A DNA stretch of 64,000 nucleotides from Octopus vulgaris. Its lineage: Eukaryota. Made by a program: the position numbers and the translations under genes. The notes below the pieces were generated by a model. It did no database searches and was not told where the DNA came from. It was given only the letters and a program-made list of their open reading frames with translations. The stretch is taken from positions 140,430,001 through 140,494,000 of the forward strand of contig OX597818.1 of assembly GCA_951406725.2 (NCBI GenBank), given 5' to 3'. The stretch's first letter is position 1; each line of letters opens with the position of its first letter. Positions 52,855 through 64,000 of this stretch are shown in pieces.

Positions 52855-53700
52855 CTAATGTCCTTTAAAGCAGGGTCCTCCGATTTCAGTGTACTTGTTA
52901 TAGCCCTCCAGCTACTTCGTAAATGCTCTACAGATGTCCTCCTAACTGAACCTTTCCAGCACCCTTATTTCGGCTCCTTTCCTCTTGTCAATATCTTGAA
53001 TACCACTTACTTTGAGGAGATCTTTCAGCTTGGGAGCCAACCACAAGTCACAGGGCGCAAGGTCTGGATTGCAAGTTGGGTGAGAGAGTTCTAATGGCCA
53101 TCCTTGTCAAGTGTTTGGTTATCAGGAGAGAATTGTAAACCGGTACTGCTGGTGCTTTTGTGTATGGCAACGAGATCTCTTCCTGAATTCCCTCAAACTA
53201 CTAATTGTTGACCGCGATAGATATTGGATAAGTTTAACTACATATCTACCTCAGGGACTCTCACTCCAGGTTTTCTGTTGGAGCTTGCGCACTTGAATTT
53301 TCTTAAACGCTCAACAAAATTACTCTACGATGCACCGTTAGATTTGGAGCCAATTCCACTCTCATCCTTTAAACTTTATTCGTCTTGCGCAAGTGTTACG
53401 GGTGCGGTAGTTAACAGGATGCAAGATTTTGTGGAATTATCTTCTCTTAGATGAGCAGTCAAACGGCCTAATCTACCCAGAGTCCTTTGGGATGTCTGCC
53501 AGCTACCTTCTTCCGGGAGCAATTTCGTGACATGCTAATTACCCCATAGCTACGACCATGACAAGTGCTACTATGCCGGGTAAGAGTAAGCCTGTATCTA
53601 TCTTCGTTAAGAGGTGGCATCGTTCTCAAAACCCTGCAACTCCTGAACCAACGCCTCACTAATGGATTCGGTTTGAAACCATACCAAGGATATACTTACG
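52855..53700 (-). pseudogene. Decayed mariner transposase
   Basis: LSHPTCNPDLAPCDLWLAPKLKDLLK...EIGGPCFKG matches HPPYSPDLAPCDFWLFPKLK. Upstream KKVAGRHPKGL resembles the WVPxxL linker. Confidence 0.75.
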
Positions 53701-54516
53701 TATGCAAACGCATATATATCAATGTGTGGTAAAACATTTAATGTTCCTCTTCCTCCATCTTCTTGGATGTGTCTTGGAAAAGTACTTGGACAACACTGCC
53801 TTTCTTCCTGATAAAACGATATAACTTTTGCTGCTCTGGTTTATCTACCTTAGCCTATTTAATACTCTAATATAGAATATCTGTGAGAAAATGGTACGTT
53901 GTCTTTTTTCCCGTATGTCAAGGTCTATAAAATCCGATTTGATCCCTATATTTGAAGGGGAAATATTGTAATTTGGGAGTGATTTGGCTTATTTATACCT
54001 GCAGAGTTTGTTGATGTCTACAAGTTGCCTCGTTTTGTTAGCATTTTTACAAGCATTTGTGTTGTTTAGCAAACAGTAAATAGACGGTAAAATTTAGTTC
54101 CTGTACACAGTTTCATTTCATTCCTTAACTAAAATTCACTCTTAAATAAGTCAACACCCATTTTCAATTCTCTACAGTCATTCGATATTGAATTAAATTG
54201 TATAATGTATCAATTCATTTCTCTCTGTCTACCAATATAAGACACATCACCAACTATCGATAAAACAAAGCTGAATACAGACGCAGAATTTGGATGTGTG
54301 TGCAGGAATGGCTGTATGGTTAAGGCTTTTGCATCACGTCATCTCATTGTATATGATTGTTCTGCCATAGGCTCGGATTGGCCAGTTCTGTATAAAGAGA
54401 ATCTGCCCGAATGATCTGTTTGGAAGGTCTTCAATATTCGAAGCTTTTGCATGGGGTTGAGTTATTTATTCCGCTATCCTACCTAATTCAGTTACTTGTA
54501 CAATCTGTGCACTTAC

Positions 54517-54565
54517 CAGTATTCAGTCTGAATATACATCTCTCCTGCATACAGTATCAAAGGTC
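54517..54565 (-). CDS. Candidate second coding exon (phase 1 to 2; GPLILYAGEMYIQTEY)
   Basis: Minus strand acatttctcAG|GACCTT...TACTG|GTaagt (consensus donor). One open frame, which continues the hydrophobic stretch of 57863-57920. Confidence 0.4.
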
Positions 54566-55361
54566 CTGAGAAATGTAGTAGTTATATTTTTCATTGTTTT
54601 CCTACGCCATAGACATAAACAAATGTATAAACTATTGTGTGACATTTACTCCAACACTGTATTATTTCTGTCAATTCGGGATTTTCTGTTTCCTTTACAT
54701 TGTTTAAAATATGAAATATCACTAACACAATATCAAGCATATAAGAGACCGCAATAAAAAAAAGAAAAGAGTATATTATTAAATAAGAAGAGAAGATTGG
54801 TATGACAGGGCAACAGGAAACAATATCGTAGAACAGAACACATAATTGAAGCAAAAGAAAGACAAAACGTGTACTTGCTTCAAAATCAGTAAATTAATAA
54901 AGCGATAATTCTGAAGGAGTAAAAGATAAGAAAGAAAAAAAAGATAAGAAAAATATATAAATAAATGAAGAAAACTAGCAAAACATCAAATAGGAATTTC
55001 TTTGGTTCGGTTTTAAGTAATTAAATCTGGAGATAGATTTAATGATATTTTATGGTGTTTGATCGCTGAAAAAGAAACGCAAAAATCTTTCAAAACTAAT
55101 TATCTTTGGCACTAGGTATTTAGTTTGGCACTCTGCTACTGGCTTTGGCGCTTGATCTTGAATGCGTAATCAGTTATCAGTAGATGGCCAAAATTGTCGC
55201 AGGAATCACGTATTATTGTTTCTTCTCTACTTTTGTTGTTTTATGACTTTTTCCTCTATAAATTCCTCAATGTATTTTGTTTTTCCTCTTTTCCCTTTAA
55301 CTTCTTTTTAGCATTTCGTTTCTTTTTCACGTGTTTGCTTTATATCTTTCTCATCTCATTA

Positions 55362-55394
55362 TTCACTTCTTCTTTTCTTCTTCTTTTCTTCTTC

Positions 55395-55426
<32 letters not shown>

Positions 55427-55492
55427 CTTCTTCTTCTTCTTCTTCTTCTTCTTCCTCCCCTTCCTGCTCCTCCTCTTCCTCCTCCTCCTACT
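55362..55492. repeat. (TTC)n/(TCC)n polypyrimidine microsatellite
   Basis: Direct reading. Confidence 0.95.
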
Positions 55493-56089
55493 CACCTGCC
55501 TCCCTGCTCAATCTTCGCCTCATATTCTTAGAAAACACAACCAGTAACGCCGTTGAGATGACTTATCACAGGTGATTTAGTTTTCCCCTTACTCAATAAA
55601 TCAATGCAAACACCCAATGAATTATTCAGTATCTATTTCAATTTACCTTTGATTAACTTTGTGAAGAAAGTTTTCCAAAACTTTTACATTTTTGTTTTCA
55701 CAATTTCAACTTATCCGTGTAAATGCTCGATATTGTCCTTTCAACGTCTGCCTAAAATTATAAATATGTTTCACAATAGTATTAGACCACATAAAAAGTC
55801 AATGTAATTGACCGCAGTGGAATTTTGATTCTGAATGTAGGCGGATAAAAGAAAATTACGTGACAAATTTAGATTCAGCAGTCTTCTGTTTCCGCTGCTC
55901 TAATTGTCTTTCTTATGATAATAATAATAATGTTTTTCATTACTTTTACTATACAGTAAGTCATAGCTATAAAAGGAAAACGTTTCGGTAGTTAAAACAA
56001 CGCTACAATATGTATGTTGCTAGTATTCTCATGCCATATTCGACCTCAGAATTTACATGTGTAAGATTAAATATGGTAATGAGCAATAT

Positions 56090-56321
56090 ATATTTCTTTA
56101 CTGCCCACAAGGGGTTAAACATAGAGTGGACAAACAAGGAAAGACAAAGGGATTAAGTCGATTACATCGACCCCAGTGCACAACTGGTACTTTATTTATC
56201 GACCCCGAAAGGATGAAAGGCAAAGTCGACCTCGGTGGAATTTAAACTCAGAACGTAACGACAGACGAAATACCGCTAAGCATTTCGCCCGGCGCGCTAT
56301 CGTTTCTGCCAGCTCGCCGCC
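56090..56321 (-). mobile_element. SINE family C, full length with TSD
   Basis: Collinear with 25231-25461. TSD taaatatggtaatg at 56068-56081 and 56322-56335. Confidence 0.92.
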
Positions 56322-57862
56322 TAAATATGGTAATGGACAATATAATCTAAGCAACTCAAAACTGAACTAAGAGAAATCACTGAAATTGGATTCGCGTGTC
56401 AGTGGCCTAACAACCTATGCAAATAATTACCAATGGATTCAGACTTCGTTAGAGCTGATAATAAAAACTTGGTAGCATTTTTAGTGTTTCATAAAAGTAA
56501 GATAATTTTCAGAAATTAAGAATTCGTTTCATAGATGGCAAGAAATATTAATTCATTTATAGATGACAAGAAAAAAAAAAAAAGAAAAGTGAATATTCTT
56601 TAACCTGACCAATGACAAAAAGCAAAATATTCCGTTCTTATTGAACTTCAACAGTGCCGTCTAGCCAACATGAACTCGCTTGATCATTAGACAGTGTCAT
56701 CTTATGTCAATTTATCCATCAACAAAAAAGATTCATCGACTCCACAAGCAAATTGCACTTCCAGCTAAGTCAGTGCATTTGTATTCTCCTAATCCAACGA
56801 TGATTTGCATGTGAACGACGATGTCTTGGGCAACATTTAAGTGAAAAACAACCTCCCATTATATACACACGGGAACCACCTCAGTTTTCGTCAACTCAAT
56901 TTTTCCCCAGAATCTTTGTTCAGTCCGAGCTTATGAAACAAAACTTCATGACCAAAATAAACCAGTGTGGGTTCGAAGTAAACTTTTTAACCACGTTGTC
57001 TGGAAAGGGCCTCTACGTGATACTTCACTTTAAGAGAAATATTGAAATATTTCTCATACAATAAATACAATATTGTCTTGTAAATAAAAGTACAAGAATG
57101 AAACACAACGGTAAACCTTTCTGAACTAAACAAGGTATGCATTATATACTTCTACGACCTTCATTAGTCAATATCGATTATCTATTTCTATACTTATGCA
57201 TAGGCCTAGACAAAGTGTTTTGAGAAAAGCAAGCTAATTTGTATGCATGCAAGCTTTCCCTAATAATGCCAATGAAGATGTTCAAGGTAAAGACCACCGT
57301 CTTAAAACAGTAACAACTTTACTCCAGAATCGTCACAGCGTTCTGTTAGAATTCAAAAAGCAAGAGCAGTTAACGCTAGTTATCTCATCGAATATTCTAA
57401 CAGATCCACCAATCTACCGGCCAAGATTGGCATTATATTTGTTAATAAGTGGGCTGGGTTCACCGTGTCGGGTTTTGAACTTAGAGGGAAGAGGACCGGA
57501 TGCATAATATGAGATACAGTATCCGAGACTTTTATGACTCTTCTAATTGGCAACTTATAACAAACCTTCTTTCAACTTGTTACGTGACATTCAGAGGCTA
57601 TGTTCTTTATGAGGTTGCCAAGAAAATATAAGTTAATTACACCATGTGTCAAAAGTTTTCGGCGTGAAGAATGAAAATTTAATGTCTTGAGTAGAATACT
57701 TCGCCGAAGATTGAAAAATGGTTTACTGGATTTTTCTGAATATCATAATTATGCATCAAAACTGGATAACATTTCATATATCAGCGGAGAAGATTTCAGT
57801 CCGTAACGTTAGAGTTATTTTCTTACTGATGTATTTCTCTGTTTGAAAATATATTATCTTAC

Positions 57863-57920
57863 CGATGAGTACAAACAATACAGCTACATTTTGTTTACTA
57901 AATAAAGTAATTGTTTCCAT
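57863..57920 (-). CDS. Candidate first coding exon with a signal-peptide-like N-terminus (METITLFSKQNVAVLFVLI-G)
   Basis: ATG at 57920, 58 nt, phase-1 donor G|GTaaga. Splicing to 54565 gives ...VAVLFVLIGPLILYAG. Confidence 0.4.
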
Positions 57921-60595
57921 CCAAAAGTGAAATGACCCGTTAACTGATGATTTGACTTTTGTGGATCCTTTTTCTTAATAATTGTGAACAGCATCATGCA
58001 AACTGACACGATCTCATTTCCTAAAAATTTGCGAAACTTATTTTATAGCCTAGTTGCAACTCATGTTCGTATTGCACTGCAAAACAATACAAAGTGATTG
58101 AACACGAGAACTTGTGACCGGTTGCTTGACTTGTTAGAAATAACAGCCAATTGTTTCAGATCATATTATATTGTTCTAAATGTGAAAGTTAGTATGTAAG
58201 AGGAGTGGTTTAAGTAGGAATTCCGCTCCTCATAAATTTTCTAAATCAAAAGTTCTCTAGAGTTTCAAAACGTGTCGGCGATGGAGGACGCTTACTGAAT
58301 TTGAGCAGAACAATAGACGTTATATGTTGATCAATTATCTCTTCGAACAAACTGTTATATCTATACGGTGATAATGTATCGGGTTATATCACTGTCTGTT
58401 GCTCAGCTACTCTTACTTTTAATTCTGTATGAAGTTTAATATGCTATTTATGGTTCCGCCATTTTTCTGCTCATCTATATATATGCATTTAAAACAATCA
58501 ATAGAACTGCTTCGCTATTATTGCTAGACATATATTTAATTTCGATTAGATTTAGGTATTGTTATCTCGTAATTTCTAAAAATTCTCCTTGACATCTCAC
58601 TGACATCATGAAATATTTATATTCAGCGAAATAAGAATGCTATGAATAAAAGCACAATTTAAAATCAAACATTTGAATTCATGCTTCATCAGGTTATTAC
58701 ACTGATTTGATCATTTTTAGATATCAACTGGTAACCGTTTGATTAGTGATTACAAGCTATAAGAATTACTTTACAACGATATCAATGTGACCATCAAATA
58801 TATATTTTCAAACGTAATACAATATCTGTTAATTACCCGTTCATATCTGGAAACGTTTGGCTTATCAGAGTTTACAATATCATCGCTATCTATTAAAAGG
58901 AACAGCAGTTTTTGATCATAAAGATATGTGATACAAAAACAACTCTTTAAACACAGAGATATTGATTCTAACATATGGTTTCAAATATACATTTAAAACT
59001 TTTCTGCTAGCATAATTCAGTGAACATGTGGAGTCATGTCGAACTCACTCCACACTTGTTTTGTGAACCTGTCTTCAGACAAAGAATAAATTATGTATAT
59101 CTATTTCCATTGATTTCTATACCCCATTTGCTGATTAGGGTTTCGCTTGAAATCTTCTGCCCATTGATGAAATGTGAGTTGCATAAAACATCTTTCTCCA
59201 AACCATAAGGATGAAAGCATCAATTTAGCAAGAACATGCTAATTTCACCACACCTTGTTACAAATTAAGAACTAGTAGCTGTTAAGTGTTTGGGAAGTGA
59301 TGGGTATAATATTTTCCCTGAAGATAGCGTTAGGGGTCGGGGAAATTTAGTTTGTAAATGCCTCGTTATTTATTCCAATCATAACAACTGAAGCAATGTG
59401 GCCTTTACAGCTTAATTATACCTGAGTAGGTTACGTCTATTTTGTCATCATCTCATTATTTCAAATGAACGATAGATAACATATAGAAAACCTATGCTGG
59501 GTTCTATTACTATTTTATTTTAATGGTTTATTTTCCATTCTTTTTTTATTACTCTACTCTGTAAGTTTTAAATATATCCTGTTTCAACAACAAGGGGTTC
59601 AGAATAATTCGTACCCATGTTGCTTTTATTAAATTCCAAACATATCACGTACGAGCTATTTACTGTAAATATCTTTTCAGAAAGGAGCGGTAAGTTGGGT
59701 TTCAGTTTCTGAAAACAGTGATAAGCGTCAACAAATAGTCAACAAGCTAGAGGTAATAGAAAAGCCTATTCGGTTACATACATAAAGCAGAATATTAGGC
59801 AGCAAAAGTTCTCCATGTGAACGAACTTACATTATTTCTATAAACAAACTTAAATTAATCGGCGTTGATAAATTCGATACAATTAGGCAAATGAGAATGT
59901 TTCCATATGCTCAGTCAATAGCCTAAAATTATACCCCAAATATCCCACGCATGGATCACTATTGTATGTGATAGAAAGGCCACTGTAATAAATCATAGAC
60001 TCAATTATACAAAAACAGGAGTGATACAGTTAGACTGCTAGTTCAAACTCTGAAACACAGATATGCTGTCAGCTTTATCTGCATATTCTACAGTTATTAC
60101 AGATGTCTCTACTTTTCTGAGCTACATAGCCATGTGCCCAAACAACTAAAAAACACAAAACTCACTAGACTCGCATCTTCATTTCACACATACCGTGTCC
60201 TCTTTTAGGCTCTACATTAACCACTATGCCTAATCATACACCTACAGAATATAAGTTCCCTGAAATATCTGATCCTGCCAGTACTATTCCGACAATGATT
60301 AAAATGTTGCTCTTCGAGTTGATCTCACTTGTCTCTATTGATCTCAGGACCAAATCATCAGAAAATATACACCGCTCAATCGTGTTGTATTTTAGGTATC
60401 TGAGACGACTACAATGTATATGTAATTATATTTTATGTCTATATATAAAAAGCTGTTCTAGGTTATTTGTTTGGCAAATTTATGTAGACAACCTGAGGCG
60501 ATTTTGCCAACGATTGTCTGAAATATTCTACTGATTGTATGAGATCACACATTGCATGTAGTCAATTGTTTCGGTTTTGGGTTGCACACACACAC

Positions 60596-60650
60596 AGATA
60601 GATGGATAGATAGATAGATAGATAGATAGATTGATAGATAGATAGATAGG

Positions 60651-60728
<78 letters not shown>
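60596..60728. repeat. (GATA)n microsatellite at the LINE 3' end
   Basis: Direct reading. Confidence 0.95.
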
Positions 60729-62770
60729 TGTTTCTTTATTAGCCACACAGGGCTGCACACAGATAGAACAAATTACAAGGTAGAGCTTTTCTTTTGAAGG
60801 TTTAAAAAAAAAAAAAAAAGGAAGGGGGAGTTTCGATCAAAAGGGATCGTAAAAGGAGAGAAAGAGGACAAAAAAAAGGGGGGTTAAAAAAAAATGATGA
60901 GTGGAAAAAAAAAAAAAAATTTGATCAATAGGGATCGTTATCACAGAAATGTCAATATGAAGTGTAAAGGGGAGGACAGGTGAGGTTTACCCGTGGAAAG
61001 AAAAGCCTACGGAAAAGACCACGGTAACTTCGGTCAATGGAGTCACATGTTATATTTCTTTTTTTTTTTTTTTTGCAAATAAGCAACTCTCTGTTTTCAA
61101 TTTCTGGGTTCATAGGATCATGCTCAAGGTGGCTTCGTCATTCATACATGCCATTCTTGCTACATTCACCCATCTTTTTTTAAAACATTCGCTAGACAAA
61201 ACTTGCCTCTCTACTCTCACTTTCCTTTTCAAGTGGTACTTGAAGAAGTTGATGAGAGATTGACCAGAGAGGAAAGTGTTTGTCTCCAATCCTTTCAGAC
61301 GCGTCCACCAGATACATTCTTTCGCCATAGCCACAAGGATGATGAAAATAGCTCTTCCTTCCCGTTTGAAGGAGGGAGGCGTGACAATATTAATGATAGA
61401 CTCAGCTGATAAACCGACTCGTCCCACACGTGACAGCAGTTGTTCGACACAAGCCCACAGGTCGGAAATTGTTGGACACTGCACGAGTGCGTGCAGAACG
61501 GTTTCGTCGCTCTGACCGCATCTCGGGCAGGTCGGCCCCGTGTTTCTCGAGCCGTGTCTGTAGAGCTTATCCCGAACGGGTAGCGCTTCTCGGTAGCACT
61601 GCTAGGCCAGGGATCTCTGGAAGTTGTCCATGGGCCCTGGCCCGAAAGTCGTCCTGAACAGGCGGGTCAGGTACTCCTCGTCGACGTCCAGGTTCGCCCC
61701 GAGCTCGTCGTCGTACCTCCCCTCCACTAAACCCCTATAGAATGCTTTGGTTGTGTTGAAGTCACTCAAGGTCGACCCAGGACGGCAGAGTTGCTTGAGA
61801 GCAACGCGACACTCGCGGTGCCATTCGCCCTTCTTCGGCCTCTTTTTGATCCACGACTGCAGTTCGGTCATGGAGACGAGCTGCGGGAAAGCGTGCCTCA
61901 CAAACGGCGACCACACCTGTTCACCGTCGTCTACATAGAGCCAGAGATGTCGCAGTCTCAGCGCGTGTCTGCGCATCATCAACCACGGCATGCCCAGCCC
62001 TCCTTTTAACGGGTGTTGACAGCAAATGGATCGCCTGACCATCGGGACGCATCTTTTCCACAAGAAGCGAAAGAGGATGCGTTGTAGTTTGGTGATGGTA
62101 GGGTCGGGACAAGGTACGACGGTCAGGCGGTAGTAGATGACGGACGCGATGTACGTGTTCGCCACCTCCGCCCGACCTTTTAGGGACAGTTTCCTCTCGG
62201 TCCATTGCCGGGCGAGAGTGACCACCCTACTCGTTATCTCGTTCCAGTTCTTCTCCACTTGGAGGTCCGGACCAAACCAGACCCCGAGCAACTCAACCGG
62301 GCCGTCGGTCCAGCGTCCCACGACGGAGGCGCTGGTGGACGGCATGGGCTTGCTTCTCCAGGTGCCGAGTCGCAAGCCCACTGACTTTTCCCGGTTGATT
62401 TTTGCTCCTGTCACCGCTTCGTAGTTTTTCAGTGTCTCGCCGACCTGCTCGATGTGCTCGTGGCTAGACACTATGACGGTGACGTCGTCCGCGTATGCAG
62501 ACACGCTCGTCCCGCATCCCAGTTCTCGCGGAATGCCTCTCAAGGTTGCCAGCTTCCGCAATAATGGCTCGAGAGTCAATACGTATAGAAGCGACGAGAG
62601 GGGGCATCCCTGACGGACCGAACGTGCGATGTCGAAGGGTCTCGATAGATGTCCATTCACGCGAATTACCGAACGGATGCCTCTGTACAAAGCGGCTATC
62701 CAGCCGCGGAAGACGCGACCGAAGCCAGCCGCTCCGAGGACCGCCTCCAAGTATCGATGGTCCACCCTAT
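60729..62770 (-). mobile_element. Young 5'-truncated Tx1/L1-type non-LTR retrotransposon
   Basis: GC-rich relative to its flanks. Contains the ORF2 3' half, a T-rich 3' UTR, and AATAAA at 60735-60740 followed by (TCTA)n. The 5' junction is also in (TCTA)n. Confidence 0.92.
61110..62767 (-). pseudogene. ORF2 remnant: reverse transcriptase plus C-terminal CCHC zinc finger, with one in-frame TAG at 61602-61604
   Basis: RVDH..SVRQGCPLS..AYADDV..INREKS..LLGV..LSLKGR..GGLG, then CPRCGQSDETVLHALVQC. The two track ORFs share a frame and the stop lies where a Trp is expected (RSLA*QCYREALP). Confidence 0.92.
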
Positions 62771-62957
62771 AGATAGATAGGTATAACACAGAGAGAGAGA
62801 AAGGACAGAGAGATAGAGAGAGAGTGAAAGCTAGACAGGTAGATAAATAGGTACGTAGATATGCATATACATAGATATGTATAAATATATATATATAAAT
62901 ATATATACATACACATATGTATGCATTTATATATATGTATGTATATATGTATGTATG

Positions 62958-63040
62958 TATGGATGGATGGATGGATGGATGGATGGATGGATGGATGGAT
63001 GGATGGATGGATGGATGTATGGATGAAGGGATGGATGGAT
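62958..63040. repeat. (GGAT)n microsatellite
   Basis: Direct reading. Confidence 0.95.
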
Positions 63041-63711
63041 GTGCGTATGTGTGTATGTATACACATATATACGGTATTGTATATGTATATAAATATTTAC
63101 GAATATATATCTATATGTGTGTGCGTTTTTGTGAGCGTATGTATGCGAAAGTGGTTACGTTTGCCACCTTCTCTGTTTATCTGCCTCTCTCTCTAGATAT
63201 ATATGTATGCATGTATGTGTGTGTGTATGTGTGTAACTAATGCGTGTGCGAGAATGGCGAATTTATTTCACTAGCGACCGGCTTATCTCTGTCCCAAATA
63301 AAATCGTCCTAGAACCAAATTATTTAGCGTGTTACTTACAAAGGTAGTTGAATGTAAATTGAATCAGAATTCACCTTTATGTATCTCTACACCCTACAGA
63401 CACCATTATATTCCCATATTTACAACGTTGTACAACTATAGATAGTGATAAATTGATTAGTCCGATTGTTTGTGGTTGGGAATTTGGTCGAAGCTGTTAG
63501 GACATTGATAAGGAAAAGAAGTTCAGCCATTTTGTATGTGATTCTAGAGATCTTTGTTATTTCAATAGTTATGTTCCTTAGCGTACTTTGGTTTCTTAAC
63601 TGTTCAAACCCTACCGGGTTAAACTAAATCTGATAACATTTAGTCCGTGATATTTTTTCTTATTACTTTTCAGTTGTATTTTGACTTGGAATACACTTAT
63701 ATACATAGACA

Positions 63712-63811
63712 CAAGTGCGGCTATGTGGTACGAAGCTTTTTTCCCAGCCACATAGCTCCGTGATCAGTTCTACTGTATGGCACATTCGGTAAGTCTCTTA
63801 TACTATAGCCT
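63712..63811 (+). mobile_element. Diverged SINE family A head
   Basis: ggctatgtggtacgaagctt..ccacat..cagttctactgtatggcac..tactatagcct. Confidence 0.65.
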
Positions 63812-63814
63812 ATG

Positions 63815-63881
<67 letters not shown>

Positions 63882-64000
63882 TCCTTTATTCCACAGTCAA
63901 AAATTGTGAAGCATGACCGTCACCACTACTACATGAACCTGAAGATTGCAGAATTTAATGCATGAAAGTACTAGTTCAATCAGAATGAACATTTAACATT

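Noticed and set aside
62768-62789. MLYLSIY start of the 395-aa ORF
   Set aside because: It comes from the flanking microsatellite. The LINE ORF is 5'-truncated within the RT.

Overview
AT-rich, microsatellite-dense animal DNA. The SINE families and repeat landscape point to an octopod cephalopod such as Octopus (inference, not a database match). There is no long host ORF. A few short minus-strand exon candidates (57863-57920 with an ATG and a signal-peptide-like start, 54517-54565, 7292-7333, 3237-3275, 3-64) suggest the window is mostly introns of one minus-strand gene, but this is low confidence. The rest is transposon-derived: three tRNA-derived SINE families, a young 5'-truncated Tx1/L1-type LINE inside a (GATA)n tract, R4/Dong-like, RTE-like, Helitron, mariner and pogo remnants, an 838-bp fold-back element with an 8-bp TSD and telomere-type repeats, and three Penelope-like (PLE) remnants. 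The most striking signal is more than ten minimal type-I hammerhead ribozyme (HHR) motifs (CYGANGA / stem II / GAAA + palindrome + UH), about half of them partial or degenerate. They occur in PLE terminal repeats and in non-coding units of about 345 and 548 bp arranged in tandem or head-to-head, mostly beside (TA)n tracts. This looks like a multi-family retrozyme-like system together with remnants of its likely PLE partners. All calls were made by eye and no folding or database search was run. Most ORFs in the supplied track are microsatellite or SINE artefacts.
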